A program made the position numbers and the translations under genes. Positions 13,350 to 24,252 of a DNA stretch of 64,000 nucleotides are shown here, piece after piece. Within the stretch, counting starts at the first letter, position 1, and each line of letters opens with the position of its first letter. Source of the stretch: Octopus sinensis (lineage: Eukaryota); NCBI RefSeq assembly GCF_006345805.1, contig NC_043001.1, positions 23,560,001 through 23,624,000 of the forward strand, in the 5' to 3' direction. The notes beneath the pieces were generated by a model. It did not search any database and was not told where the DNA came from. It saw nothing but the letters and a program-made list of their open reading frames with translations.

Positions 13350-14310
13350 TATTATATATATATATATATGTAAACGGCAGTTTGTCTGTCTGTGTGTCTG
13401 TCAGGTTGTACCCTCATCCTGACCACGGCTTTCAACCGATTCTGATGAAACTTGACACACACATAGCCCAATGTCATAATTCAAAACTAATGCAGCAAAA
13501 ATTTTGAAAAGTTCCCCCAGTTCTGAAAAAAATCGATAAATTCGACATGGGGTCGAGAGTCAGAAACACAAACCACAGACTGTCTAGGGGACGCAACTCG
13601 ACCTTTTTAACTCTCAACTCCATCAATAACAAGCTACTTGAAGCTATTCCTGGTGATGTCCACGTCTACAAATCTATTGATAGTACAGCAGACCCCGCCG
13701 AGCTTGCCGATTATCCTGTTGAATTCCTGAATTCACTTGAACTGCCAGGCCTGCCGCCACACATCCTGAAGTTAAAAGTCGGTGCACCCATTATGCTCAT
13801 CAGGAATTTGGTTCCACCTAAACAGTGCAACGGCACACGTCTGGTTGTGAAACATTTGCCACCACATTTAATAACTGTCACAATACTTACCTGTTGTGGG
13901 AAGGGAGAGGACGTCTTCATTCCATGCATCCACCTTCAACCGTCAGGCACTGACCTACCAATCCACTTCAGGCGTTCTCAGTTTCCTGTTAAACTCTGCT
14001 TCGCAATGTCCATCAATAAACCCCAAGGCCAAACGCTACAAGTCGCTGGGTTACAGTTGGGCGAACAGTGCTTCGCCCACAGTCAACTCTACGTGGGCTG
14101 TTCATGTGTTGGGAGGCACAATGATGTTTTCATGTTTTCGCCCAAAGGGACAGCTAGGAACATCGTATACACAGAAGTATTCGAGTGAAGAGAAGACATT
14201 GCAACCTACACATGCGCCTTCGTTCCCAAGAGGGAAAGGACTAGATTGGGATTAGTCGTTGCCTACTAGGGGCTCTTACATACCCGGGCAATGCTGGGCT
14301 ATGCTGCTAG
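13350..14310 (+). mobile_element. internally deleted Helitron with PIF1-like helicase C-terminus
   Basis: ORF 13547-14188 has YPVEFLNSLELPGLPPHILKLKVGAPIMLIRNL..CNGTRL..RRSQFPVKLCFAMSINKPQGQTL. The 3' end has a cccgggcaatgctggg hairpin then CTAG|T at 14307-11. The 5' end is TA-rich and approximate. Confidence 0.9.
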
Positions 14311-14924
14311 TATATATATATATATATATATATATATGAATGTGTGTGTGTTGCTGTATGTCGGTGTTTGTCTCCCCATCACTGCTTGATAACCAGTGTT
14401 GGTGTGTTTATATCCCCATAGCTTAATGGTTCAACAAAAAGACTGATAGAATAAGTACTAGGCTTTAAAAAAAAAAAAGTCCTGTGGTCGATTTGTTTGA
14501 CTAAAACCTTTCAAAATGGTGCTCCAGCATGGCCACATTCACATGACTGAAACAAATAAAAGAATAAAAGAAAGAATGAAAGAATGAGATTGGAAATATG
14601 ATTTTGAAGTGTTCTTGGTGTCACAGTGAAAATCTGATCAAAGAATTTGCAATCAAAAACAGGAGGAAAAATTTTTTCAGACATAAAGTGGAAGTATACA
14701 AAAATAAACATTATTTTCCATCTTATTGTTAGTTTCGTTTCATTTTGAAAAAAAAAACAAAACATTTTATGGTTTATTATTGTTTATATTTTGAATTACA
14801 AATATATGTGGATACCAAAATCTTTTAAGTGCTTAGGGCCCCTATTGGTGTTAATTTGGCCCTACTCAGTAGTTTCATTAATCTTCTGTTGTTTCATTTA
14901 GTAATGCCAAAATTATGATTCATA

Positions 14925-16216
14925 CGAGGGGCGTTCAATAAGTAATGCCTCTGACCCACTTGCAGTTGTTTGATCTAGCTGAAATTTTGCATGTGCAATT
15001 ATTTATATCTCTATAGATTAAGTGGCAAATTACAGCTCTGAACTAATTGTGGTTTCTGACATACAGGTGTTTGAACTGAGTCAAGTGTGAAATGGAGCCT
15101 GTTGAGTGTCGAGCAGTGATCCGGTTTTTGTATTTGAAAGGATGCACACCATGGGAGACTTTTGATGAAATGAAAGTAATTTATGGTGATGATGCCCCAT
15201 CATATGACCTTGTAAAACGCTGGCATCATGAATTCAAACATGGTTGGAACTCTGTGGAAACAGCTCCCAGATCTGGTCGCTCCCCTTCTGCCATTGATGA
15301 GGCATCTGTCCGTTAAGTTGAGGCTGCCATTTTGGAAGATCGACGCATAACTATTCGCCAAATAGCCCATGAGGTCAAGTTTAGTACCAGGTCTGTGGAA
15401 ACTATCATTCATGACCATTTGCATATGCAAAAGGTGTCTGCCAGATGGATTCCCAGGTTGCTCACACCTTTCCAGAAGCAAGAACGCGTTGAGTGCTCGA
15501 GGATGAATTTGGAGATGTGCCAAGAAGATGAGTCAAAATTTTTCAAAAGACTGATTACACAGGATGAAACCTGGATCCATCACTATGATCCAGAGACCAA
15601 AGCCCAGTCAATGCAGTGGAAGCTCCGTGACTCACCTCCTCCAAAGAAGGCAAGGGTGCAGCCCTCCGCTGGCAAGGTCATGCTCACAGTCTTCTGGGAC
15701 CAGGACGGAGTAGTGATGACAGATTTCCTGGCAAAGGGTACCACAATTACAGGAGCCTATTATGCTTCACTTTTGAGGAAATTAAGAGAAGCTATCAAAA
15801 TCAAGAGGCGGGGCAAGATCAGCAAAGGCATCCTCCTCCTGCAGGACAACGCTCCGGTCTACAACTCGCATGTCGCCAGATCAGAAGCACAGGCATGCGG
15901 CTATGAACTCCTCCCCCATTCCCCTACTCTCCTGACCTTGCACCCTCTGATTTTCACCTCTTCCTAGCCATGAAGTTGTTTTTGAAAGGAAAGTGTTACC
16001 CTGATGATGCAGCCTTGATTTCTGAAGTCATGTTGTGGTTGGAGGACCAAGCTGGGGTCTTCTACAAAAACGGTCTCCAGAGTTGCATCAAACGATGGGA
16101 GAAATGTATAACTCTGAGTGGTTCCTATGTAGAAAAAGACTAATAGCTGTGCCAAGTTTCGTTGCTCTACTGCTAAGGAAAGTGGGTCAGGGGCATTACT
16201 TATTGAACGCCCCTCG
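14925..16216 (+). mobile_element. full-length mariner (DD34D) transposon with disrupted transposase
   Basis: TA TSDs at 14923-24 and 16217-18. About 37-bp TIRs cgaggggcgttcaataagtaatgcc(t/c)ctgacccactt. Transposase 15092-16143 with QDE, QDNA and YSPDLAPSD motifs (34 residues between the last two Asp), one in-frame TAA at 15314-16 and a 1-nt deletion near 15920-25. Confidence 0.95.
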
Positions 16217-16267
16217 TATTATGTAACATCATGTATGAACATCCTCTCCTCTCTTTCTCTGTCATCA

Positions 16268-16700
16268 GCATCATCATCGTTTAACGTCCATTTTCCATGT
16301 TGGCATGGGTTGGATGGTTTGACTGGGGTCTGGGAAGCCAGGAGGCTGCACCAGGTTCCAGTCTGATCTGACAGTGTTTCTACAGCTGGATGCCCTTCCT
16401 AACACTGAGTGTAGTGGGTTCTTTTTTATGTGCCACCGGCACAGGGGCCAGAGGGGGCTGGCGTCGACCATAATTGGATGGTGCTTTCTATGTGCCACCG
16501 GCATGGGAGCCAGTCAGACAATACTGGCATCGACCTTGCTTGAATGGTGCTTTTTGTGGTGAGGGGGCTGGCATTGACCATGTTCAGATGGTACTTTTTA
16601 CATACCACCGGCACGGGGACCACAATACAATTTCCATTTGATTGTGATTTGATTTAATTTTGATTTTGATGCACTTGACTCAATAGGTCACCTCAAGCAC
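16268..16700 (-). mobile_element. RTE-X 3'UTR fragment
   Basis: (CAT)n tail plus the same 3'UTR sequence. Further copies at about 30890-31213(+), 36500-36885(-), 37677-38063(-), 39955-40140(-), 40357-40716(-), 41375-41712(+), 61200-61484(+). Confidence 0.75.
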
Positions 16701-16829
16701 GGCATGTCACCCTACAATCCAAAGGTACTTTTTGAATGGGCTAATTATGCGACACTGGTGTAGGTTACAGCTGTGAACTCTTTGTCCGTCTTGAGAACCA
16801 TCTACCACACCATCGTGACATTATTTGAA

Positions 16830-17232
16830 GGCGGCGAGCTGGCAGAAACGATAGCCGTGCCGGACGAAATGATTTGCGTTATTTCGTCTGCCGCTACGTT
16901 CTGAGTTCAAATTCCGCCGAGGTCGACTTTGCCTTTCATCCTTTCGGGGTCGATTAAATAAGTACCAGTTACGCACTGGGGTCGATATAATCGACTTAAT
17001 CCGTTTGTCTGTCCTTATTTGTCCCCTCTGTGTTTAGCCCCTTGTGGGTAATAAAGAAATAGGTATTTTGCCTGTCGCTACGTTCTGAGTTCAAATTCCA
17101 CCGAGATCGACTTTGCCTTTCATCCTTTCTGGATCGATAAATTTAAGTACCAGTGATACACTGGGGTCGATGTAATCGACTAGTCTCCTCCCACCAAATT
17201 TCAGGCCTTGTGCCTATAGTAGAAAGGATTAT
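16830..17232 (+). mobile_element. SINE family B dimer
   Basis: Head, body and tail, then the aaagaaataggtattt junction, then a second body with an alternative tail (ggccttgtgcctatagtagaaagg). Confidence 0.85.
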
Positions 17233-17712
17233 TTGGAGCAAGAGCTACTAGAAGAAAGTGGGTTTATGTCGCCTCTCAAAGTGGCAAGATAAATTTGTCA
17301 CAGAATCAGTTCTCTTAAGCCTTTACAGAATAAAGAGCGACTTTTACGGATATATTTTATAAATGATGGTAAATATTGTAATAAGACCTGTCTAGACACA
17401 AGATTATTACTTACTTTAAAACTGCAAGAAATACTTCAGGAAAAGAATTATGTCAGTGCGCTTTGGACTTTTCAGTTGTTATCGGCATGAACATGTTCAT
17501 CGATTTTATTGCTCTTGAATGTAATGAGGTGGCAAATATGATTAGAGAACAAGATATTGTTTTGAAGTATCGTGACAGTAGCATCGAGTTCATAAATGAA
17601 ATTCCTCGTTCATACGACGCTTTACAGTTCTTGCTTTTGTAGACGGAGATGAATACTACTTTGGTGTATCATATGTCGATGGAATCACTTCTGTCTAAAA
17701 AGAAAAAGCCTG

Positions 17713-18129
17713 GGATCTTTTTGGTTTGAACAGCAGTTTTTTTCTAGCGGTGTCATATGAAATTGTCACCCATAATTATGACCCTAAAATCTATCTATTG
17801 CATTTCAATCTGTTTTAGGGTTAGGGTTAGGGGTGGGGGAAGGGTATCTTTTTTTCTTCATAAATGTAAATAAACCCAATCTATTTCTTAAACAAGGGAC
17901 ATATTCATACGGCACAGAATGTTTTTTAACTCAATAGATGTCGCTGATTGGTTGAAATTGCAGAAATTGAAGAAAAAAAACAACAAATATCTTACAAACT
18001 ATATAATTTTCTCAATAAAGCCACGAGAAAAAGATGTTTTATAAACACATTCTAGCAGTATATGAAGTTTAAAATTTCTTAATTACCTAGAAATTATGTT
18101 AAAAACTGCCGTTTAAACCGAAAAGATAC
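17713..18129. mobile_element. GGATC-terminal MITE, degenerate copy
   Basis: Closely similar to 47387-47795 along its length. Right TIR decayed (aaaagatac), TSD not recognisable. Contains (TTAGGG)3. Confidence 0.8.
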
Positions 18130-18980
18130 ATTCGTTTAATAGTTTTCATTATGGCAAAACTTTTTCACCAGCATTTTATTGATGTGTATGTCGACATAAT
18201 CTAAATGGTCGTGCTATATAAAAATGCATCAAAAAGAACTACGTTCAGAATCGTACACACATTCACGAGATGGCCGGTATTAGCAAAGATATAGCTGGGA
18301 CAGAAGGACATCTTTTGTTTCCTTCCATCCAGTTTCACAGAGAAGACACCGGATGCCATGACTTAAGTACGTATTTATGGGCGTCTTGATCTTTCCATCA
18401 TTTTTACTTGCAGTGCTAGATGAGACTAAGTCCAAGCAGAGCTTTCCCTATGACAGTTATACATCGACAGACCCAACCTTATTACAAAAGACTTTTCCCT
18501 TGCAAGTTTTCCAAATTGATGGACCTTATTAAGTCACGTATATTTCGATCAATTGTGAAGGCGCATGGCTTAGTGGTTAGGGTATTCGACTCACAGCCGT
18601 ATGGTCGGGTGTTCAGTTCTTGATGATGCATTGTGTCCTTGAACAAGACACATTATTCCACATTGCTCCAGTCCACTCAACTGGCAAAAATGAGTAGTAA
18701 CAGCTTTGGCTTATTCTGCGCCATGCTGAATCTCCCTATGTTAAGGGTACGTGTGTCTGTGGAGTGCTCAGCCACTTGAACGTTAATTTCACTAGTAAGC
18801 TCGCCCGTTGATCGGATCAACTGAAAACCTCGACGGAGTGCCAGCTATTTCTATCAATAGTTGCTATATTACTGAATTGCAAGAAATGAATCTGCCTCAC
18901 ACATATTAAAGTGGCTTTTGCTGCAAATTTACCCTGAGGTTTAGTCCATATCATCAGAAATTCCATATATCACAAATGAG

Positions 18981-19911
18981 GGATCTTTTCCTTTTGAACA
19001 GCAGTTTGTAACATAATTTCTAGGTAACTAAAAAGTTTTAAACTTCGTATACTGGTAGAATGTGTTTATAAAACATCATTTTCTCTTGGTTTTATTGAGA
19101 AAATTCTATAGTTTGTAAGATATTTCGTCTGAAAATCCGAGCATTTCGGCAATTTTAACCAATCAATTACCTCCATTGAACTAAAATCATTTGCTGCGTC
19201 TAAAACTGAGACAGCATCCTGTCACTAACCCTAAACCTCCCCCTAACCCTAAATTTCTTTTCTTAATTGTTAAATTAATTTAATTGTTACGCATGTAAAA
19301 AAAACTAAAGCAATGGAAAATAATTTAAACAATTAACAAACAAAATTATAGAATTATTTTGTTTGTTAATTGTTTAAATTATTTTCCTTTGCTTATAATT
19401 TTATACACACGCTTTCCGTATACGTACGGAAAGCGTGTGTATAAAATTATAGAATTATTTTGTTTGTTAATTGTTTAAATTATTTTCCTTTGCTTATAAT
19501 TTTATACACACGGTTTCCGTATACGTACGGAAAGCGTGTGTATAAAATTATAGAATTATTTTGTTTGTTAATTGTTTAAATCATTTTCCATTGCTTTCGG
19601 TTTTTTTTTACACGCGTAACAATTAAATTAATTTAAAAATTAAGAAAAAAAAATTTAGGGTTAGGGTTAGGGGGAGGTTTAGGGTTAGTTACAGGATGTT
19701 GTCTCAGTTTTAGACACAGCAAATGATTTTAGCTCAAAAGAGAGCATAAGATTGGTTAAAATTTGAAAAATTAAACTACGTTAAACAAATTACAATTTTC
19801 TCAAGAAAGCCAAGAGAAAAAAATGTTTTATTTTGACACATTCTACCAGTATACGAAGTTTTAAAGTGTTTAGTTAACTAGAAATTGTCTGCGTTCAATA
19901 GGAAAAGATCC
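18981..19911. mobile_element. foldback non-autonomous DNA transposon with GGATC termini and 8-bp TSD
   Basis: Termini ggatcttttcc / ggaaaagatcc. TSD caaatgag at 18973-80 and 19912-19. The left and right halves are imperfect inverted copies. Confidence 0.88.
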
Positions 19912-21956
19912 CAAATGAGCGAGAGCTTTATGAAATTGTAAAATCGAACATAGTTTATCATTTTTGCAGTTACCTCGACTCAGTTGCTCCTTGCATGAAA
20001 GACAAGTGTACGAAACATTATCTCAAGAATTTCATTTAAGAAACGCAAACTGGTGATGATGTATATTTATCATACAAAAAAAAAAGAAAGAAAGAAAGAT
20101 GGAGGTTTTGAAACAAACATTGGTCAGCTTGTAATTAGCAATCAAATGGATAGTGTCTCATTTTACCTTTTTGCTCTCCGACATTCAATGCTCGCATATA
20201 TGTAGAATACTGTAATTCCAAGTCAATCGATCCTGACGCTAAAATGTTCAATCTCCAACAGACATTTCAAAATAAAGTGACACGGTTCCAGATGGGGCGA
20301 TATATTTGTAGCTATGAGGCTTTTGGGAGAACATTTAGTTTCACTTTATTCATGAACGAGATCCTCCAGTGCAACATCTGGCTCTTCATTTAAGGAATGG
20401 ATAAAGAATATCTTTTACTGTAGAAACTAGTGCTTACCAATCCCCAATTCCAAAGGAAACTACATTAATAGATCTCTTCAGACCTCGCCAAAAAAACTCT
20501 TTCACTGAAACATTGTACAAACAGTTCCAATATCCAGGGCTTCATCCTGAAAGAGGACCCTCTCCCTGGACGTCTTCTACCGCTGCCTGTCTCTGACCAG
20601 TTTGTATTTGTTCTCCTTGATGGTTCTTATGATGTCGTTGACTCTCGGATGCAATTGAATCTGGGCATTCAGAAACATAGGAGATAGGTACTTCTTTTCT
20701 CCCCCACCCCAAGAAAATTTTCCTCCACTTTGAACCGATTGTAATTGATGTTGCTAATAAATATCTAATAATATCCGATATGGATCTTTACTTTTTGACC
20801 AACAGATTTTAAAAAATTATTTTTTGTAACTAAACACTTTCAAACTTCGGACACTGGTAGAATCTGTCATATAGAACATCTTTTACTCTTAGCGTTTATG
20901 AGAAAAGCTTATAATTAGGAAGTTATTTCACGTTAAAGTTGTAGTATTTCGGTATTCTTTTGGATTCCAAGTCAATTTTTACCCCATATCAATGTTTAAT
21001 TTGATAATTTTCAAGTTTAAAAAAATGGGGTAAAATGAGTAATGAATTGTTCCAATATTTTCTTCTCATTGACTCCAGTAGATCATTAAGAAGCTATAGA
21101 GACTATTTTATGTTGAGTTTTTAGATTTAGTAGAGTTTCGTTAATTTCATATAATTTTTCCTTGATCTTCTTTCATTTCACTTAGACGATTTTTTTCCAT
21201 TTCCGATCTTGATGTCTGGGGATGGATATTGATGTATGAGTTTGTGTTTCGGAGAATTGAAGCGGCAAATTTATCTTATCTTAGTTTATTTTGTCCCAGC
21301 CAAATTTGTCTTTGAGAATGGCGATAATTTTCAGAAATAGTGATCAGGTTATGTTATAATACTTTTAATTCATTTAGGGATGGCCATTTGCTTAGCTGGC
21401 ATAGTTTTTGTAAGGTAGTGAACATTTGTAAAAAAAAAAGAAAGAAAAAGAAAAATCTGTCAAAAAATACAGTAAAAGCTCCTCGTCTCCACCGACATAA
21501 TTATTAGCGTGCAGTTAGTGCGAGCCGAGTTAATTATTTTATATTTAATCAGTGAAAAGAAACAAAGTTACATTTATTTAATATCAAATTAGTTTTTAAA
21601 ATGTTGCATCGTTTCTTATTTTCCTCTGTCACTTATCAAATTAATTTAAGAATTTTATTGTTTATAAGTTCTTTACTTTTGCATGTAGAAGGATTGGTGA
21701 TAACTTTAAATATAGATTTCGATTCTACACAAAAAATAGTAATAGGATTAGTGTAAAGGTTGGAGGTTAGGATTTAGGTTTTATAATATGTTAAGGGCTA
21801 GTTTTTAGGTAAGTGCTTGGGGTTAAAATTTAAGGTTGTGATTGGTTGTTAGTACTTAAGATTAGGGTTTCGGGTTATTGTTTCAACAAAAATTGGGGGA
21901 ATCGAAAAGTTTTGAATTTGTGAAATATTTTTTTGCAGGATCGAACTTGCATATGT

Positions 21957-22176
21957 CCCTTTTGTTACCAACCCGGCTGAAACCGGCTCTGGCTCTGAGT
22001 ACAAATGTCTTGTTTTCATAAGTTTTGAATTAAAATCTTCCACCAAACCTTAGCCAAAATTTATGTTCCTAACACTAGCTGAATGATAACTAAGTTATTT
22101 TACTAAATTCTTTGATATATTTAAAGTAATTGAAAGAAACACAGAGCATCTCAAAATAAATTCAGTAACGAAAGGG
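21957..22176. mobile_element. piggyBac-type MITE, inverted copy of the 53357 family
   Basis: Reverse-complement similarity to 53357-53578. Right end agtaacgaaaggg|TTAA; left TSD decayed. Confidence 0.75.
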
Positions 22177-22847
22177 TTAAAAGATGGACATGCGTATAAA
22201 AAACAAAACAAAACAAAAAATACATAGTGTACTTTAATCAGAAACTTGAGTGTCCCCCACCTCCACCAAAGGTTTACGGTAAATTTGATCCAAATTTACC
22301 GGGTTTACTTATCTAGTTATATAAGTTACATAAATTGCTTTGCGATGCTATCGTTAATTTTCATGCAATGTCCGGTATTTCAGTTAGCATAATACATTAT
22401 ATATGAATATTAGGAGCACCATCCCATTACCTGTTTATTAAAACTGGCAAAATAAATGAAAATAGTTCTGATATCTGGTGATTAATAACTGCAAAAAGTC
22501 CCATGTTACTGATATCTATTTCACCGGCTGTGGGTGGATGATTAATAAATTTGATTGCAGCAGACACTGAACTCAGAATAGAACGCACCAAACCTTTGGA
22601 TATTGTGCAACATCTTGTCCTAATTATCGGCATACCTACACAAATATGCCCCACCAACTTTGTTTCTTCGTTACCCTAAAAAAATATAATAGTCTACAAA
22701 TACCTTTCAGTTGGTTTAGTGGAAATTAACGAGGGGAAAAAATTGTGGGCACGAATGAATACATACTGGCACACATAAAAACAATATTTTTAAAAGTTTC
22801 ATTCTGTGTGTATCATTGTCAATATGTATATATTTCTTTACTATCCA

Positions 22848-23405
22848 CAAGGGACAAACAAGGACAGACAAACGGATTAAGTCGATTATATCGACCCCAG
22901 TGCGTAACTGATACTTATTTAATCGACCCCGAAAGGATGAAAGGCAAAGTCGACCTCGGCGGAATTTGAACTCAGAACGTAACGACAGACGAAATACCTA
23001 TTTCTTTACTACCCACGAGCGGCTAAACACAGAGAGGACAGACAAACAGATTAAGTCGATTATATCGACCCCAGTGCGTAACTGGTACTTATTTAATCGA
23101 CTCCGAAAGGATGAAAGGCAAAGTCGACCTCGGCGGAATTTGAACTCAGAACGTAGCGGCAGACGAAATACCTATTTCTTTACTACCCACAAGGGGCTAA
23201 ACATAGAGGAGACAAACATGGACAGACATAGGTATTAAGTCGATTATATCGACCCCAATGCTTAACTGGTACTTAATTTATCGACCCCGAAAGGATGAAA
23301 GGCAAAGTCGACCTCGGCGGAATTTGAACTCACAACGTAACGGCAGACGAAATACCGCTAAGCATTTCACCCGGCGTGCTAACGCTTCTGCCAGCTTGCC
23401 GCCTT
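22848..23405 (-). mobile_element. SINE family B trimer
   Basis: One head (ggcaagctggcagaagcgttagcacgccggg) followed by three body-tail units joined by aaagaaata|ggtatttcgtctg. Confidence 0.85.
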
Positions 23406-24220
23406 GATTGTCAATATGTATTTGTGCGCGCCCACCCAATTTCTTTTCACATTAAATCCCAATATAATTGTAATCTACACCATCTGATTGTATATGTACA
23501 AAATCTCATCAAAAAATCTGAAACAAAGTCGGTGGGGGGTGGCATATTTGTGTAGGTATGCCTAATCATGTTCAAATAAAGTGGCACAGTGGTAGAAATG
23601 TTAAGCGTTAAATTATATATGCTTTTCTACATTTAGCTTTATTCTTCTATAATCGGTGTTCAAATCCCATTTGGAAGATGATTACAAGGCGCAGACAGAT
23701 AAATTCAAAAAAATCCATAATAAAATTTGGACTTATGTCAATAAAATATTTAATTAAAGCGATGCTTTGACAGAATCGTTAGGGCGTTGGAAAATAACTT
23801 GTGACATTTATTCTGTGTCTTTACGTTCTGGGTTCAACTCCTGTCGATGTCAACTTTGTAGTTCACTTAGAGATCAATAAAATAAAATATCAATGAATTA
23901 TTGACATTTATATAATCGACCAATCATCTCCCAGCGAAACTACTGATCTGGGACCTATGTTAGAAAAAAACTATATTTAAGTTGGATTAAATATGGGCAA
24001 CATATTTTTTTATGTTTCAAAAAAATCTAATTGGTTAAATGATATCGTGTAGATTAACAAAACATAATAAATAAATAGATATTAGAAAGAAAGAAAAAAG
24101 TTTATTTTAAAATTTATCTGCTTTCTAAGCGACAAGAAAAAAGTGACCGTGTCACATACGCCAGTCTTGTGTAAAACCTGGCTCAGTTTCGGAAAGCATG
24201 CAAACTGATTTCCTATCATC

Positions 24221-24252
24221 ATGAGAAGAAGAATGGATCCCGAAATCCGCAA
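24221..24252 (+). CDS. candidate first coding exon of the MAP2K gene
   Basis: ATG AGA AGA AGA ATG GAT CCC GAA ATC CGC AA|gtctgt = MRRRMDPEIR(K). Phase 2 matches the phase required by the 28534 exon, and the basic cluster resembles a MAP2K docking site. The donor is weak. Confidence 0.35.

Larger units (their letters stand above)
17255..20520 (+). mobile_element. fossil autonomous Helitron Rep region interrupted by younger insertions
   Basis: Colinear degenerate motifs: HRISSLKP..LRIYFIND and INEIPRSYDALQ (17290-17640); GKLFHQHFIDVY, DAMT..YGRLDL..FTC (18150-18420); LPH(T) HUH-like motif (about 18890); ELYEIVKSNI..PCMKDKCTK..ETQTGDD..NQWIV..CNSKSI..RFQMGRYI..HERDPPVQHLALHL (19920-20420). Confidence 0.85.

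Noticed and set aside
17815-17832. (TTAGGG)3 as an interstitial telomere or fusion scar
   Set aside because: It is an internal part of the GGATC MITE family and recurs in its other copies.
20520-20700. Minus-strand SRERVLFQDE, reminiscent of a Tc1/mariner first catalytic Asp motif
   Set aside because: Isolated short similarity with no other transposase motifs or TIRs.
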